Positions 1-12,201 of a DNA stretch of 64,000 nucleotides are shown here, piece by piece; the stretch's first letter is position 1, and every line of letters starts with the position of its first letter. Under the pieces are notes generated by a model. That model was not told the DNA's origin. It made no database searches and saw nothing but the letters and a program-made list of their open reading frames with translations. The DNA is taken from contig JANNVQ010000014.1 in the NCBI GenBank assembly GCA_031414535.1, positions 256,001-320,000 on the forward strand, written 5' to 3'. Position numbers and translations under genes: made by a program. The stretch is from Gemmatimonas sp. GTDB lineage: Bacteria; Gemmatimonadota; Gemmatimonadetes; Gemmatimonadales; Gemmatimonadaceae.

Positions 1-795
1 CGCAAAGCGGTCGGCCGGCAACTTCTCCAATGCCGTGGCCAGCGCCGCCGCCACGTGCGGTGGCACGGTCTTCCGGAACTGCGTCACCATCGCCACCGGT
101 TCGGCGATGATCTTCATAATGATTTGCTGCGCGCTACCGCCGAGGTGCGGGGGCTGGCCGGCGAGCATCTCGTAGAGCACGCTCGCGATGCTGTACACAT
201 CGGAGCGCGCGGTAATCTCCTTCTCGGCTGTCGCCTGCTCGGGGCTCATGTAGTGCGGCGTGCCGAGCGAAAGCCCCGTCTCCGTCATGCGCCCGCCTGC
301 GGCCGCCGACACCGCGAGCGCGATGCCGAAGTCGGCCACCATCGGCCGCCCATCGTGCAGCAGAATATTCTCGGGCTTGATGTCGCGGTGAATCACGCCG
401 TGGCGATGCGCGTAGTCGAGCGCGTCGGCAACTTCGGTGGCGATCTGGATGGACTCTTCGATGCCAAACTGCGTTTCGCGGTTCAGCTTGTCACGGATCG
501 TCTCGCCCTGGATGTAGGGCATCACGTAGTAGAGGAATCCGCCGGCCTGACCCGAATCGAAGAGTGGCAGGATGTGCGGATGGCTCAGGGCCGCCGTCGT
601 CTTGATCTCTTGCACGAAGCGCTCGGCGCCGAGGACGGCGGCCAGTTCCGGCTTCAATACTTTGATGGCGACGTGGCGATCGTGCTTGAGGTCTTCGGCG
701 AGATAGACCGTGGCCATACCGCCGACGCCGAGTTGGCGCTCGATTCGATAACGATCGGCGAGGGCTGCAGCGAGCGCCTCAGGAGCGGGAATCAT
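1..795 (-). CDS. Eukaryotic-like Ser/Thr protein kinase (N-terminal part; runs off the window start)
   Basis: Manual translation of the minus strand from ATG at 795: RYRIERQLGVGGMATVYLA..VAIKV..HRDIKPEN..DFG..GTPHYMSPE. Absent from the ORF track because no stop codon lies in the window. Confidence 0.93.
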   Translation of the reverse strand, partial: MIPAPEALAAALADRYRIERQLGVGGMATVYLAEDLKHDRHVAIKVLKPELAAVLGAERFVQEIKTTAALSHPHILPLFDSGQAGGFLYYVMPYIQGETIRDKLNRETQFGIEESIQIATEVADALDYAHRHGVIHRDIKPENILLHDGRPMVADFGIALAVSAAAGGRMTETGLSLGTPHYMSPEQATAEKEITARSDVYSIASVLYEMLAGQPPHLGGSAQQIIMKIIAEPVAMVTQFRKTVPPHVAAALATALEKLPADRFA

Positions 796-843
796 CGGGG
801 AGAATGTCCGCCTTTCGCTTGATCGCCACAAGGGGCAGTGGCT

Positions 844-2166
844 CTACGACGGCGTCACCACCGTGCGCGCGAGCAGTACACGAAGCTTCTCGGCGAGCTC
901 ACGCTGTCGCACCCGCATCGGTTCCAGTCGGTCTGCCACGAATCGCCGCAGGGCATAGCGGCGAACAGCAGTCCACATGGCCTGACGGCGCTCGCCCACC
1001 GCAAGCGCAGCAAAGGCCCACAGCGGCTGTAGCAAGAGCGAGAGCAGCCCCGCTTTCCAATCGAACACCAGCGCCACGATTACTGATGTGAGAGCAATCC
1101 AGAGCGGGAAAGCCACAGCCCCCACCAGCACGCGATGCGTGACAATGGTGTCGTCACCCTCGAGCTTGGCCGTGTGCGCGGCTGCTCGCACGGTGATCAG
1201 CTTCGGGGGCCAGAAGAAGACTGCGCCCAAAAAGGAAATTGGCAGCAAGGGCAGCAGCGGCAACTTCCGCAGCGTCCAGCGCAATGCTTCGCCGGCCGAC
1301 ACCGTGACCTTCAGCGAGCCCGGTTCCAGACCCAGCTTCGCGAGCGCACGCCCGTGCGCCCGGATTTCAGCGGCGGTCTCCCGCCATTCCGTGGAACCGC
1401 CCTCGCGTAAAGCCTGCAGCGCTTCGATCGTGACGCGCAGCCGCTCAACCTCTGCCGCAGCCGTCTGTTCCGCGCCGAACTCCGCCCTCCACACCTGCTC
1501 GGCCATCCGCACGAGCGGCTCGTCTTCCCACTGCGCCAGATTCACCGACACGGCACGCATTGCCACTTGAATGCGCTCCGTGAGCTCGCGCACACCGCCG
1601 CGGTTGTTGATGTCTCCCACCAAGTCGTTCCAACGGAACGACTCTCCGATGATGACGTGCGCTTCGGAGCGGAACTCATCGCGATCGCGGAACACAAGAC
1701 CCATCGCCACGATTGGAAAATCCGTCCCCAACTGCTGCGCCGCACCCAGCGCGATACGCGCAGCACCGGTCTTCAAGGGCGCGAGCCGCGACATCGAATG
1801 CGAGATGCCTTCCGGGAAGATGCCCACCACGTCGCCCTCGGCGAGCACTTTGTGCACGTCACGGAAGGAGTCGAGGTTCTGCGAAATCTTGGTCGGGTCA
1901 TCCTGCTGCCGGTAGACCGGTACCGAGCCCACGCCCGTGATGAGCCAGCCAATGAGCGGATGCGTGAACAGTGGCGACTTAGCCATGAAGCGCACGTTTC
2001 GCCCCGCCATCGCCGCCACAAGCGCCGGATCAATCAGCGAGTTGTTGTGATTGGCCACCACCAGTACCGGCCCGCTCACAGGGAGCCGCGCGCCCGCCAC
2101 CGTCACTCGGTAGTACGAGCGGACGGCAAGTTCTGAGATGAGGGGCATTGCCCGATAGAGCCACAT
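844..2166 (-). CDS. Lysophospholipid/glycerol-3-phosphate acyltransferase family protein with C-terminal membrane region
   Basis: PlsC-type motifs NHNNSLID (HxxxxD), FMAK, FPEG; hydrophobic C-terminal helices. Confidence 0.85.
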   Translation of the reverse strand: MWLYRAMPLISELAVRSYYRVTVAGARLPVSGPVLVVANHNNSLIDPALVAAMAGRNVRFMAKSPLFTHPLIGWLITGVGSVPVYRQQDDPTKISQNLDSFRDVHKVLAEGDVVGIFPEGISHSMSRLAPLKTGAARIALGAAQQLGTDFPIVAMGLVFRDRDEFRSEAHVIIGESFRWNDLVGDINNRGGVRELTERIQVAMRAVSVNLAQWEDEPLVRMAEQVWRAEFGAEQTAAAEVERLRVTIEALQALREGGSTEWRETAAEIRAHGRALAKLGLEPGSLKVTVSAGEALRWTLRKLPLLPLLPISFLGAVFFWPPKLITVRAAAHTAKLEGDDTIVTHRVLVGAVAFPLWIALTSVIVALVFDWKAGLLSLLLQPLWAFAALAVGERRQAMWTAVRRYALRRFVADRLEPMRVRQRELAEKLRVLLARTVVTPS

Positions 2167-2237
2167 CGAGCGGGAATGTATGGCCTCGCGGGCGGCGGCG
2201 GCACCGCCGCAGCAGAGGGAGCACTAGATTCCGACCT

Positions 2238-2315
2238 ATGGACAGCGCCGCTCACTGGGAAAGGGTGTATCGCACGCAGGCCTTCACGTTCTTGATCAGA
2301 CGCAAGGAGTCTTAA
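2238..2315 (+). pseudogene. 25-aa ORF resembling fused N- and C-termini of a class I SAM methyltransferase (possible internal-deletion remnant)
   Basis: MDSAAHWERVYRT-QAFTFLIRRKES; its AAGGAG also serves as the RBS of the next gene. Confidence 0.35.
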
Positions 2316-2318
2316 CGC

Positions 2319-2561
2319 GTGCTCTCGCTCGTCTTTGCCTTGCTGCCCCGCGCACTCGTGAGTCCCTCAACAGCTCGCGCGCTGCTCATCGTGGGTTGGC
2401 GCTTTCGTCGCAACCACTGGTACGCACGCTTCCCCTTCCTGCCCATCCCCGCGCGCGACTACGTGCGCTGGCGCATGTACACGGCCTACGGCGACCACGA
2501 CGCCATACCTCCCGTTGACGACGTGATCCGCTACGCGCGCTGGGCCGCGCGCTACCCCTAA
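2319..2561 (+). CDS. Small hypothetical protein
   Basis: GTG start with AAGGAG RBS; fills the gap before queG in the same orientation. Confidence 0.65.
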   Translation: MLSLVFALLPRALVSPSTARALLIVGWRFRRNHWYARFPFLPIPARDYVRWRMYTAYGDHDAIPPVDDVIRYARWAARYP

Positions 2562-2579
2562 CGCGCTCGGCGCGGCAGC

Positions 2580-3518
2580 GTGTTGGCCTCCTTTGAATCA
2601 AAACTCAAAGCCCAAGCCCTCGGGCTTGGCTTTGACTTGTGTGGCATCACGACGCTCGGGCCCGCAGAAACGGCCGGCGCATTCGACGATTGGCTCGCGC
2701 AGGATTTTAACGGCGAGATGCACTACCTCCGCCGCGGTGCCGAGTTGCGCGCCGACACCACGCGTCCCGAACCGGGCATGCTCTCTGCGCTCGTCGTGGC
2801 ACTCGACTACGGGGGCAAGCAAGCCGATGGCCCCGTGGCGCGCTACGCCCGAGGCGAGGACTACCATCGCGTGATGTGGGATCGGCTTGAGGAGCTACTC
2901 GCTTGGGCGCGCACCGAGCGCGGTGCGGATCTGCGTGGGCGCGCCTACGTGGACACCGGCCCAATCCTCGAGCGTGATTTGGCACGCAAAGCCGGACTCG
3001 GCTGGTTCGGCAAGAACACCATGCTCATCAATCCGCAGCGCGGCTCGTTCTTCTTCCTCGGCGCCTTGTTTTTGGATTGCCTGCTCGAGCCCGATGCGCC
3101 CTTCGCCGAAGAGCACTGCGGCAGTTGCACCCGCTGCTTGGATGCCTGCCCCACTGGAGCCTTCGTAGCGCCCGGCGTGATGGACGCGCGGCGATGCATC
3201 TCGTATCTCACGATCGAATCGCGAAGTGAGATTCCCGCTGAGTTTCATAGGGCGATTGGCGAGCACGTGTATGGATGCGATATCTGCCAAGATGTGTGCC
3301 CTTGGAACGTGAAGTTCGCGCGGGAGGAGGGTGACGCGGCACTGGCCGCTCGCGCTCCAATCGCGGGTCGTGATGCGGCCGCACTCGCCGACTGGCTACT
3401 GGAGATTGACGAACCATCGTACAGAGACGCCTTTCGCGGATCTGCAATGAAGCGCGCCAAGCTCGAAGGCTTGAAGCGGAATGCGGCAATTGTGAAGGGT
3501 AATCTCGCGCGGGACTGA
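2580..3518 (+). CDS. queG: tRNA epoxyqueuosine(34) reductase QueG
   Basis: RYARGEDYH, VDTGPILER, GWFGKN, CGSCTRCLDACP and GCDICQDVCPWN Fe-S motifs. Confidence 0.95.
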   Translation: MLASFESKLKAQALGLGFDLCGITTLGPAETAGAFDDWLAQDFNGEMHYLRRGAELRADTTRPEPGMLSALVVALDYGGKQADGPVARYARGEDYHRVMWDRLEELLAWARTERGADLRGRAYVDTGPILERDLARKAGLGWFGKNTMLINPQRGSFFFLGALFLDCLLEPDAPFAEEHCGSCTRCLDACPTGAFVAPGVMDARRCISYLTIESRSEIPAEFHRAIGEHVYGCDICQDVCPWNVKFAREEGDAALAARAPIAGRDAAALADWLLEIDEPSYRDAFRGSAMKRAKLEGLKRNAAIVKGNLARD

Positions 3519-3541
3519 AGCTCCGGCCCCGCAGGCTTCAG

Positions 3542-4376
3542 TTAACTCGCATCCTCTCGCACCCAGCGCTTCAGCACACTCCAGTACCGCACCGGCATCA
3601 ACCGCGTGAGGATAGAAAGCGCCACAGCGTCCCATCCCACGAGCACACGCAACTTCCGTCTCTCGACGCCTCGCACGATGATCTCGCCCGCTTTCTCCGG
3701 CGGCATCCGAAGACGCTTGCGCGAGAACTCCAGCTTGCGCTTCCGCTCAACTTCGTCCACGGCATCGGGCATCCGCGCATCGTTCGCGATGTTCGTCGCC
3801 ACGCCACCAGGATGCACCACCGTGACGCCCACCGTGCTGCCTTCGAGCTCCCAGCGCAGCGCTTCGGAAAACCCGCGCACCGCAAACTTGCTCGCCGAGT
3901 AGGCCACGTTGCCCGCCGGCGCGACGATGCCGAATACGCTGGAGATGTTCACCAGCCGCGCATCATCGCTCTTGTGCAACAAGGGCAGAAACGCGCGCGT
4001 CATCCACACCACGCCCCAGAAGTTGATGCCCATGAGCCACGCCACATCGTCGTCGCTGACTTGCTCGTAGGTGCCCGCGAGGCCAACGCCCGCATTGTTG
4101 AAGAGCAGGTCTACCCCAGAATGCTTGGCCAGCACCAAGCTCGGAAACTCCAGCACCGCGGTACGGTTCGACACATCCAGTTGGTGCGCGCTCACGCGCA
4201 AACCTTCACGCCCCGGCGCGCGCTTGATGTCGCGCGCCGTCGTCTCCGCGCGCGCGTGGTCAATGTCCGCTAAGGCCAGATGACAACCCCGCGCCGCAAG
4301 CGCCAGCGCCGTTGCCCTTCCGATGCCCGAGCCCGCACCCGTAATGACCGCCGTGCGGCCAGCCAAACGCATTGAC

Positions 4377-4384
<8 letters not shown>
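3542..4384 (-). CDS. SDR family NAD(P)-dependent oxidoreductase
   Basis: TGAGSGIG, NNAG, YSASK motifs. Confidence 0.92.
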
Positions 4385-5855
<1,471 letters not shown>

Positions 5856-5937
5856 GCGTGGAGTGTAGTGCGCCCCGCACGGGGTCGCCAACCCAGACGA
5901 ACGGAACTGTCGGTGCAGCGCAGGGCTTTGTTTTGCT

Positions 5938-6633
5938 ATGACCGCACCTAAGAAGATGCTCATCGAGGTCTGGAGCGATATCGCCTGTCCCTTCTGCTAT
6001 ATCGGCAAGCGCCGCTTGAACGCCGCACTTGATGGGTTTGCCAACCGTGAGGACATCGAAGTGCTCTGGCGTAGCTTTCAGCTACAGCCGGGACTCGTCA
6101 CCAATCCTTCCATCAGCATCGCCGAGTATCTCGCGAGCAGCAAGCGCCTGCACCCCGATCAAGTCGCGCAGATGAATCAGCGCGTGCAGCAGATGGGTGC
6201 GGCCGACGGCATCGCCTTTGACTTCGCAAAGGTGGTGGTGGCCAACACCTTCAACGCGCATCGTCTGCTGCAGTTTGCTCAGGCCCAAAGCCTCGGCGAT
6301 GCAATGAAAGAGCGCCTCTTGCAGGCGAACTTTACGGAAGGCGCAAATGTGGATGATGCCGCGACGCTGCAGACGCTCGGCGAAGAAGCAGGGCTGAACG
6401 CAGAGGCTGTGCGCGAGCTCCTAGCCGACGACGGCTACGCCGATGAAGTGCGCCGCGATATGGCGGAGGCACGCGAGTTGCAAATCAGCGGAGTGCCCTT
6501 CTTTTTGTTGGATCGTGCCTACGCCATCTCAGGCGCGCAGGAAGGCGCCTTGTTTGCTCAAGCCATCGAGCGCGCACACAGTGAGTGGCGCGCGACAATG
6601 ACTGCGAGCGCTACGCCTCTCGCAGAGTCTTAA
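5938..6633 (+). CDS. DsbA/FrnE family oxidoreductase
   Basis: WSDIACPFCYIG and ISGVPFF..ISGAQ motifs. Confidence 0.9.
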   Translation: MTAPKKMLIEVWSDIACPFCYIGKRRLNAALDGFANREDIEVLWRSFQLQPGLVTNPSISIAEYLASSKRLHPDQVAQMNQRVQQMGAADGIAFDFAKVVVANTFNAHRLLQFAQAQSLGDAMKERLLQANFTEGANVDDAATLQTLGEEAGLNAEAVRELLADDGYADEVRRDMAEARELQISGVPFFLLDRAYAISGAQEGALFAQAIERAHSEWRATMTASATPLAES

Positions 6634-7180
6634 GCGCGGACTCCCAGCGGGCCAAGTGGCCCACGAGCGCTGTAGCGGCCTTGTCCTGAATCTCGCCCGG
6701 TACAAAGCGCTCGCCGTCCACGAGCTTGCCAGCCAATGGAATGGACACCGCTTGGGGCAAGGGCATCATGCTCAAAGCTGTGGTGTAGATGCGCAGCTGA
6801 TTCGCCGCACGCAGACCCGCCGAAACGCCGCCGTAGGAAAGCAAGCCAACCGGCTTGTACGCCCACTCCTTATGCAGGTACTGCAGCGCGTTCACGAGCG
6901 ATGCTGGTGGCCCAAAGTCATACTCCGGCGTCACAAACACAAACGCATCGGCGCGAGTAACGATGGCACTCCAGCGCTTGGTATGCTCGTGCTCGTACTT
7001 CTGCATGCTCGGGTGCGCCGGCTCGTCCATCATGGGGAGGTTCAGTTCCTTCAGGTCCACGCGCTCCACGGCAAAGCCACCCTGGGCCTCGGCGAGCGGA
7101 ATGAACCAATCGGCAATCTTCGCGCCAATGCGCGAGGGACGGACGGACGCGATGATGACTTGGAGTGTGGGCATGGTCAA
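6611..7180 (-). CDS. NADPH-dependent FMN reductase
   Basis: ASVRPSR, FVTPEYD, KPVGLLSYGG flavodoxin-like motifs. Confidence 0.9.
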   Translation of the reverse strand: MTMPTLQVIIASVRPSRIGAKIADWFIPLAEAQGGFAVERVDLKELNLPMMDEPAHPSMQKYEHEHTKRWSAIVTRADAFVFVTPEYDFGPPASLVNALQYLHKEWAYKPVGLLSYGGVSAGLRAANQLRIYTTALSMMPLPQAVSIPLAGKLVDGERFVPGEIQDKAATALVGHLARWESALKTLREA

Positions 7181-7228
7181 CTAAGCATGCCACGTGTCGT
7201 CAAGTTCCGAAGCGCGCGCGTCGCCAGG

Positions 7229-7840
7229 CTACTGGCCCCGCTGCGCCCACCAGTCCATGACAAATCGCTCCGCTACATACCCGCCAAACCCGATACTCAG
7301 TCGCGTGGCGACAAGTCCCCACACCTTGTTGCGATCCCGACCTTCAGGGCGCCAGAGCAGGGACGCGCCCGTGCCCGCCATGATACTCGTAATCATCGGC
7401 CAATTAGCCCGTCGCTGGCCTTCGCGGTTGAAGGCCGTGAACGTGGAGACGACTGAACAACTCAGCAGCCGACTCTTCGGGCAGAGCACAGCGTCGGGGC
7501 GGTAATCGATGAGCGATTCCACGCCACGAAACGTGAGTGTCTGTACCACATAGAATCCTGTCTGGTCAGCGACGCGTTTACCGAGTCCGCCAACGGTGCG
7601 CGGCCAGTCGTCGGGCGTCTTGATAATCTGTGCGCCGCTCGCGCCCGCGAGAATCATCGCTGCTGTGAGCGCGACCTTGGTGGCCGGTGCCGACTCAACT
7701 GCCGTCACCAACATTCTGTCGATGTCCTGCGCAGCGAGCGTAGCCGAGTCCGGATGCACAGGTGCCGTCGCCAGCAGGGCGACGGCACCGAGGGTCAGCT
7801 TGGGATTTCGAAGAGTCAACACGACGGAAATATCACACAC
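7229..7840 (-). CDS. Hypothetical protein (possibly exported or membrane)
   Basis: Continues the minus-strand run between the LLM oxidoreductase and FMN reductase; start uncertain. Confidence 0.55.
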   Translation of the reverse strand: MCDISVVLTLRNPKLTLGAVALLATAPVHPDSATLAAQDIDRMLVTAVESAPATKVALTAAMILAGASGAQIIKTPDDWPRTVGGLGKRVADQTGFYVVQTLTFRGVESLIDYRPDAVLCPKSRLLSCSVVSTFTAFNREGQRRANWPMITSIMAGTGASLLWRPEGRDRNKVWGLVATRLSIGFGGYVAERFVMDWWAQRGQ

Positions 7841-8882
7841 CCGCAGGCACTGCGCTTCCCACGGCCTTTCGCACCGCTGGAGCTACCACCGTGCCATACA
7901 GTTCAATGGCGCGCAGCAACTCTCGGTGTGGCAGGGAGCCCACACTCATCTGCAAGGTGAAGCGCGTCATCCCAAAGAGCTCGTGCTCCCAGAGAATCTT
8001 GTCAATCACCGCCTGCGGATCGCCGATGAGCACAGCGCCCTTCGCTGAGCGCTCGGCGTCAAACTGATGCTTGGTTGGCGGAGGCCAGCCACGCTCACGA
8101 CCGATCTTTCCCATCTGTAGCATGTAGGGATGAAACGCAATTTCCGCCGCCTGCGCCGTCGTGTCGGCGATGAATCCGTGCGAGTTGATGCTCAATTGCA
8201 GCTTGGCCATATCGTGCCCCGCCTTCGCCCACGCTTCACGGTAGAGATCGGTGTAACCAACGAAGCGTTCCGGCGATCCGCCGATAATGGCGAGCGCCAT
8301 TGGTATGCCAAGTGTTGCCGCGCGCACAACAGACTGCGGCGTGCCACCCACCGCAATCCACACCGGGAGCTGGGCCTGCACGGGCCGCGGGAACACCGCT
8401 TGGTCGCGCAGCGGCGCGCGGAACTTGCCTTGCCATGTGACGCGCTCTTCGCGCGTCAACTTGAGTAGCAGCTCAAGCTTCTCGGTGAAGAGTGCGTCGT
8501 AGTCGTTCAGGTCATAGCCAAAAAGCGGAAAGCTCTCGATGAAGCTTCCCCGCCCAGCAATGATTTCGGCGCGACCATTGGAGATGAGGTCCAGCATCGC
8601 AAACTCTTGGAACACGCGCACAGGGTCGTCCGAGCTGAGCACGGTGACCGCGGACGAAATCTTGATGCGCTTGGTGCGAGCCGCCACGGCGGCGAGCAGC
8701 ACCGCTGGAGTCGAGGCGAGGTAATCCGCCCGGTGATGCTCGCCGATACCGAAGTTGTCGAGCCCTACCTCGTCGGCGAGCGCGGCTTCTTCCAAGAGAT
8801 TCGCAATCCGCTGTTCGCGCGGCAGGAGCGTGCCGTGTCGGTCCGGCGTGTGCTCCACGAAGGTGTAGAGTCCCAGTTCCAT
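7833..8882 (-). CDS. LLM class (luciferase-like) flavin-dependent oxidoreductase
   Basis: [36 protein letters not shown]. Confidence 0.92.
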   Translation of the reverse strand: MELGLYTFVEHTPDRHGTLLPREQRIANLLEEAALADEVGLDNFGIGEHHRADYLASTPAVLLAAVAARTKRIKISSAVTVLSSDDPVRVFQEFAMLDLISNGRAEIIAGRGSFIESFPLFGYDLNDYDALFTEKLELLLKLTREERVTWQGKFRAPLRDQAVFPRPVQAQLPVWIAVGGTPQSVVRAATLGIPMALAIIGGSPERFVGYTDLYREAWAKAGHDMAKLQLSINSHGFIADTTAQAAEIAFHPYMLQMGKIGRERGWPPPTKHQFDAERSAKGAVLIGDPQAVIDKILWEHELFGMTRFTLQMSVGSLPHRELLRAIELYGTVVAPAVRKAVGSAVPAGV

Positions 8883-8895
8883 GGTCTTCTCGAGG

Positions 8896-9267
8896 TTAGC
8901 GGCTGCTCTTGTAGATCATATCTACGAGCTCGTCGTACATCTCCTCAGCCTCAGCGTCAGAGCTCTTGATGGCGTGCGAGGCACAGTGCTTGAGATGGTT
9001 GCGCATCAACTCGCGGCTCACCGAGCGCAGCGCTTCCTGCACCGAAGAGATCTGCGTGAGGATATCTGCACAGTAGCGGTCCTCCTCGATCATCTTCTGC
9101 AGGCCGCGCACCTGGCCCTCCACACGGCGCAGGCGCTTGGTGTTGCTCTCCTTGATGCTCGGGTCTACGGCAACGGCCTTTCGGCCGCCATCTTCGTGCA
9201 CCGCACAGGAACAATTGGCCCCGTGCGCGGCGGCCTGCTGCGGAAGAGATTTCTTGGTCGTGGCCAT
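8896..9267 (-). CDS. csoR: CsoR family Cu-sensing transcriptional repressor
   Basis: [27 protein letters not shown] (C-H-C ligand set); last gene of the cop operon. Confidence 0.9.
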   Translation of the reverse strand: MATTKKSLPQQAAAHGANCSCAVHEDGGRKAVAVDPSIKESNTKRLRRVEGQVRGLQKMIEEDRYCADILTQISSVQEALRSVSRELMRNHLKHCASHAIKSSDAEAEEMYDELVDMIYKSSR

Positions 9268-9281
9268 GTGCTTTACGGCTC

Positions 9282-11513
9282 CTAGGCGATGCGTGCCCGC
9301 CGGAGGCGGAGCGAGTTAGTCACCACGCTTACCGAGCTAAACGCCATCGCAGCGCTCGCCAGCACGGGTGTAAGAAGCAATCCGAAAGTTGGGAAAAGTA
9401 CTCCCGCCGCCACTGGAATGCCGATCACGTTGTAAATGAATGCCCAAAACAGATTCTGCTTTATGGTGATCATCGTGCGCCGCGAAAGCTCAATGGCCTG
9501 TGCCGCAGAGCCAAGATCGCCACGCATGAGCACCACATCTGCCGCTTCGGCCGCAATGTCCGTGCCGGTACCAATCGCCATTCCGACATCGGCCTGCGCC
9601 AGCGCGGGCGCGTCATTGATGCCATCACCAACCATTGCCACCACCTGGCCCGTCGCCTGCAAGCGCTTCACCTCGGCCACCTTCCCGTCCGGCAGCACGC
9701 CAGCCACAACAGTCTCGATGCCGGCTTCGCGCGCAATCGCCTTTGCCGTGCGTTCCGTGTCGCCAGTGAGCATGACCACGTTCAAACCCAGCGTCTTCAT
9801 GCGCTGAATCGCCACACGCGAGGTCTCCTTGATGGGATCAGCCACAGCCACGAGCCCAGCGAGCTTGCCGTCCATCGCCACGTACATCGGCGTACGGCCT
9901 GCATCGGAGAGTCGCGCTACATCATTGGCGAGCGCCGCGACATCAATGGCGTAGTCCGCCATCAGCGCCGCATTTCCTACGGACATCGCCGTGCCGTCCA
10001 CAATTCCAACGATCCCCTTCCCCGTCACGGACTCAAAGCCTTCCACCTGACCCTGCTTGAGGCCGCGCGATTTAGCTGACTGCACGATGGCCTCGGCGAG
10101 CGGATGCTCGGAGAGCGACTCGAGTGCGGCAGTCTTTGCGAGCACTGTCGCTTCGTCGTGGCCCGCGGTGAGCACGATGTCCGTCACCGTCGGACGGCCT
10201 TCCGTGACCGTGCCCGTTTTGTCGAGGATGATGGTCTGCACGTCACCCGCACGCTGCAGCGCTTCGCCGCCCTTGATGAGCACGCCAAGCTCGGCGCCCT
10301 TGCCTGTTGCCACCATCACAGCGGTAGGCACCGCGAGTCCCATCGCGCAGGGGCAGGCGATAATCAGGACCGTGACGGCTGCCGCAAATCCCTTCACGAA
10401 GGCCGCGTCGCTCGCAAGAATTGCCCAGGCAGCGAACGTTACGATAGCGATTGAAATCACCACGGGCACGAACACGCTCGAGATGCGATCAGCCAGCGCC
10501 TGAATCGGCGCACGTGAGCCCTGCGCATCGCGCATCAGCTTCACGATCTGCGCGAGCATTGAGGTCTCGCCCAGCGTGGTTGCCGTCAATCGGAAGCTGC
10601 CCGTGCGGTTGATTGTGCCGCCGATGACGCGGTCCCCAACCTTCTTCGCCACAGGCAGTGACTCACCCGTGAGCATGGACTCGTCTACGGCGCTCTCACC
10701 CTTTTGCACCACACCGTCTACTGGAATGCGCTCGCCCGGTCGGACAACGACGATGTCGTTGGCCTCCACAAGCTCCACCGGAATGTCCTGTTCCACCAAG
10801 TTGCGCAGCACACGCGCCGTCTTTGGCTGCAGTTGCACCAGCGCCCGCAGTGCCGCCGCGGTGTTGCGCTTGGCGCGCGCCTCAAAGGCGTTGCCCGTCA
10901 GAATGAACGCGATAATGAGAATCACCGCTTCGTAGTACACGTCCGCATTCACACCACGAGCAAGGAAGAAGGCCGGCGCGACTGTCGCGATGACCGAGTA
11001 CACGAAGGCCGCGCCTGTTCCTAGGGCGACGAGCGTGTTCATGTCTGCGGAGTGATGCGTGAACGCCTTCCAGGCACGCACGTAGAAATGCCGGCCAGCG
11101 GTCGCCATCAGCACGGCGGTCGCCACCAACAGCACCCACGTGATCCACATCATGCTGTGCATAAACGGCATCACCGCCATCGCTACCGCACCCACCACGC
11201 CGCTCACAATCGCCTTCCACTTGAGTTCTTGGAATTCCTCGGCCGTCGCTTTGTCGCGCGCTTCCTGTTCCTCGAAGGCGCTGCGTTCTGGCTTCGGAAG
11301 CTCTGCGCCGTAGCCCGTGGCCTCGATGGCCGCGACGAGCGCCTCAGGCTTCGTCGTCGCGGGATCGTAGGTCACGGTCGCCGTGCCCATCATCAGGTTC
11401 ACGGACGCATCGCTCACGCCGTCTTGCTTCTGCAGCGTTTTCTGCACGCGCGACTGGCAGGCCGCGCAGGTCATCCCCGTCACGGGGATTCGAGCCACCG
11501 TGTGATTAGTCAT
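9282..11513 (-). CDS. copA: Cu(I)-translocating P1B-type ATPase
   Basis: GMTCAAC metal-binding domain, TGES, CPCAMGL, DKTGT, SEHP, GDGIND, YN and MAFSS; start at ATG 11513. Confidence 0.95.
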   Translation of the reverse strand: MTNHTVARIPVTGMTCAACQSRVQKTLQKQDGVSDASVNLMMGTATVTYDPATTKPEALVAAIEATGYGAELPKPERSAFEEQEARDKATAEEFQELKWKAIVSGVVGAVAMAVMPFMHSMMWITWVLLVATAVLMATAGRHFYVRAWKAFTHHSADMNTLVALGTGAAFVYSVIATVAPAFFLARGVNADVYYEAVILIIAFILTGNAFEARAKRNTAAALRALVQLQPKTARVLRNLVEQDIPVELVEANDIVVVRPGERIPVDGVVQKGESAVDESMLTGESLPVAKKVGDRVIGGTINRTGSFRLTATTLGETSMLAQIVKLMRDAQGSRAPIQALADRISSVFVPVVISIAIVTFAAWAILASDAAFVKGFAAAVTVLIIACPCAMGLAVPTAVMVATGKGAELGVLIKGGEALQRAGDVQTIILDKTGTVTEGRPTVTDIVLTAGHDEATVLAKTAALESLSEHPLAEAIVQSAKSRGLKQGQVEGFESVTGKGIVGIVDGTAMSVGNAALMADYAIDVAALANDVARLSDAGRTPMYVAMDGKLAGLVAVADPIKETSRVAIQRMKTLGLNVVMLTGDTERTAKAIAREAGIETVVAGVLPDGKVAEVKRLQATGQVVAMVGDGINDAPALAQADVGMAIGTGTDIAAEAADVVLMRGDLGSAAQAIELSRRTMITIKQNLFWAFIYNVIGIPVAAGVLFPTFGLLLTPVLASAAMAFSSVSVVTNSLRLRRARIA

Positions 11514-11889
11514 TGACGATGATGCTCCCGCGCAGCATCGACATGCCGCAAGTGAAGGGGAAGCGCCCGGCTTCCTGCGGCACGATGTCCACCACCGTCC
11601 GCGCACCGCTAGGCAAGAAAGTGCGGACATTGAAGTCCGGAATCACGACTTCTTCCGAGCAGGACGAGCTGTCCTTGCGGTCGAACACGAGGCGCAACTT
11701 CTCCCCGCGCTTCGCCTGCACCACGGCTGGGCTGTAACCACCATCCACCGTGATCACGACCTCGGCGGGCGCGCCGCTGGCCGAGGCCGCTGCCGTGGCG
11801 GGGGCCTGCCCCGCCACGAAGAACCACCAGTTCACGGCTGCGATTGCCGTGAAGGCCGCCATCAGAACCATCAAATCGCTACCGGACAT
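11506..11889 (-). CDS. Membrane-anchored cupredoxin-domain protein (CupA-like)
   Basis: N-terminal TM helix, SSCSEE and FTCGMSML motifs; directly upstream of copA. Confidence 0.85.
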   Translation of the reverse strand: MSGSDLMVLMAAFTAIAAVNWWFFVAGQAPATAAASASGAPAEVVITVDGGYSPAVVQAKRGEKLRLVFDRKDSSSCSEEVVIPDFNVRTFLPSGARTVVDIVPQEAGRFPFTCGMSMLRGSIIVND

Positions 11890-11898
11890 GGCGGCCCC

Positions 11899-12108
11899 CT
11901 ACTTGGTCGCTAGGACGTCGTACCCGGCGTCCCGCACTGCTTCGGCCACCGCGTCGCCAGAGATCTTCGTCTCGTCGAAGCTCACCGTCGCTTTGCCGAT
12001 GCGTAGGTCGTCGAGCTTAACGCCATCAAGGCTCGTCAGCGCCTTCTTGACCATCTGCAGGCAGTGCCCGCAGGTCATCCCACCAATCTCCATCGTCTGC
12101 GTCGTCAT
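11899..12108 (-). CDS. copZ: Copper chaperone, HMA domain
   Basis: GMTCGHC motif, 69 aa, GGAG RBS. Confidence 0.88.
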   Translation of the reverse strand: MTTQTMEIGGMTCGHCLQMVKKALTSLDGVKLDDLRIGKATVSFDETKISGDAVAEAVRDAGYDVLATK

Positions 12109-12153
12109 ACTCCCACTCCTTCGTTTGCGGCGCCTTCGCGCCGGGAGGGCTAC

Positions 12154-12201
12154 ATACCCTCCGTGGGTATAAGGTTAGTATACCCCCCACCCCTATGTCA
12201 A
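12154..12201 (-). promoter_or_regulatory. cop promoter with tandem CsoR-type operators
   Basis: ATACCC-N5-GGGTAT at 12154-12170; second C-tract site ATACCCCCCACCCCTAT at 12180-12196; minus-strand TTGACA (12201-12196) -18 bp- TAACCT (12177-12172). Confidence 0.8.

Noticed and set aside
55..822. 255-aa plus-strand ORF
   Set aside because: Antisense shadow of the minus-strand Ser/Thr kinase, which carries all canonical kinase motifs
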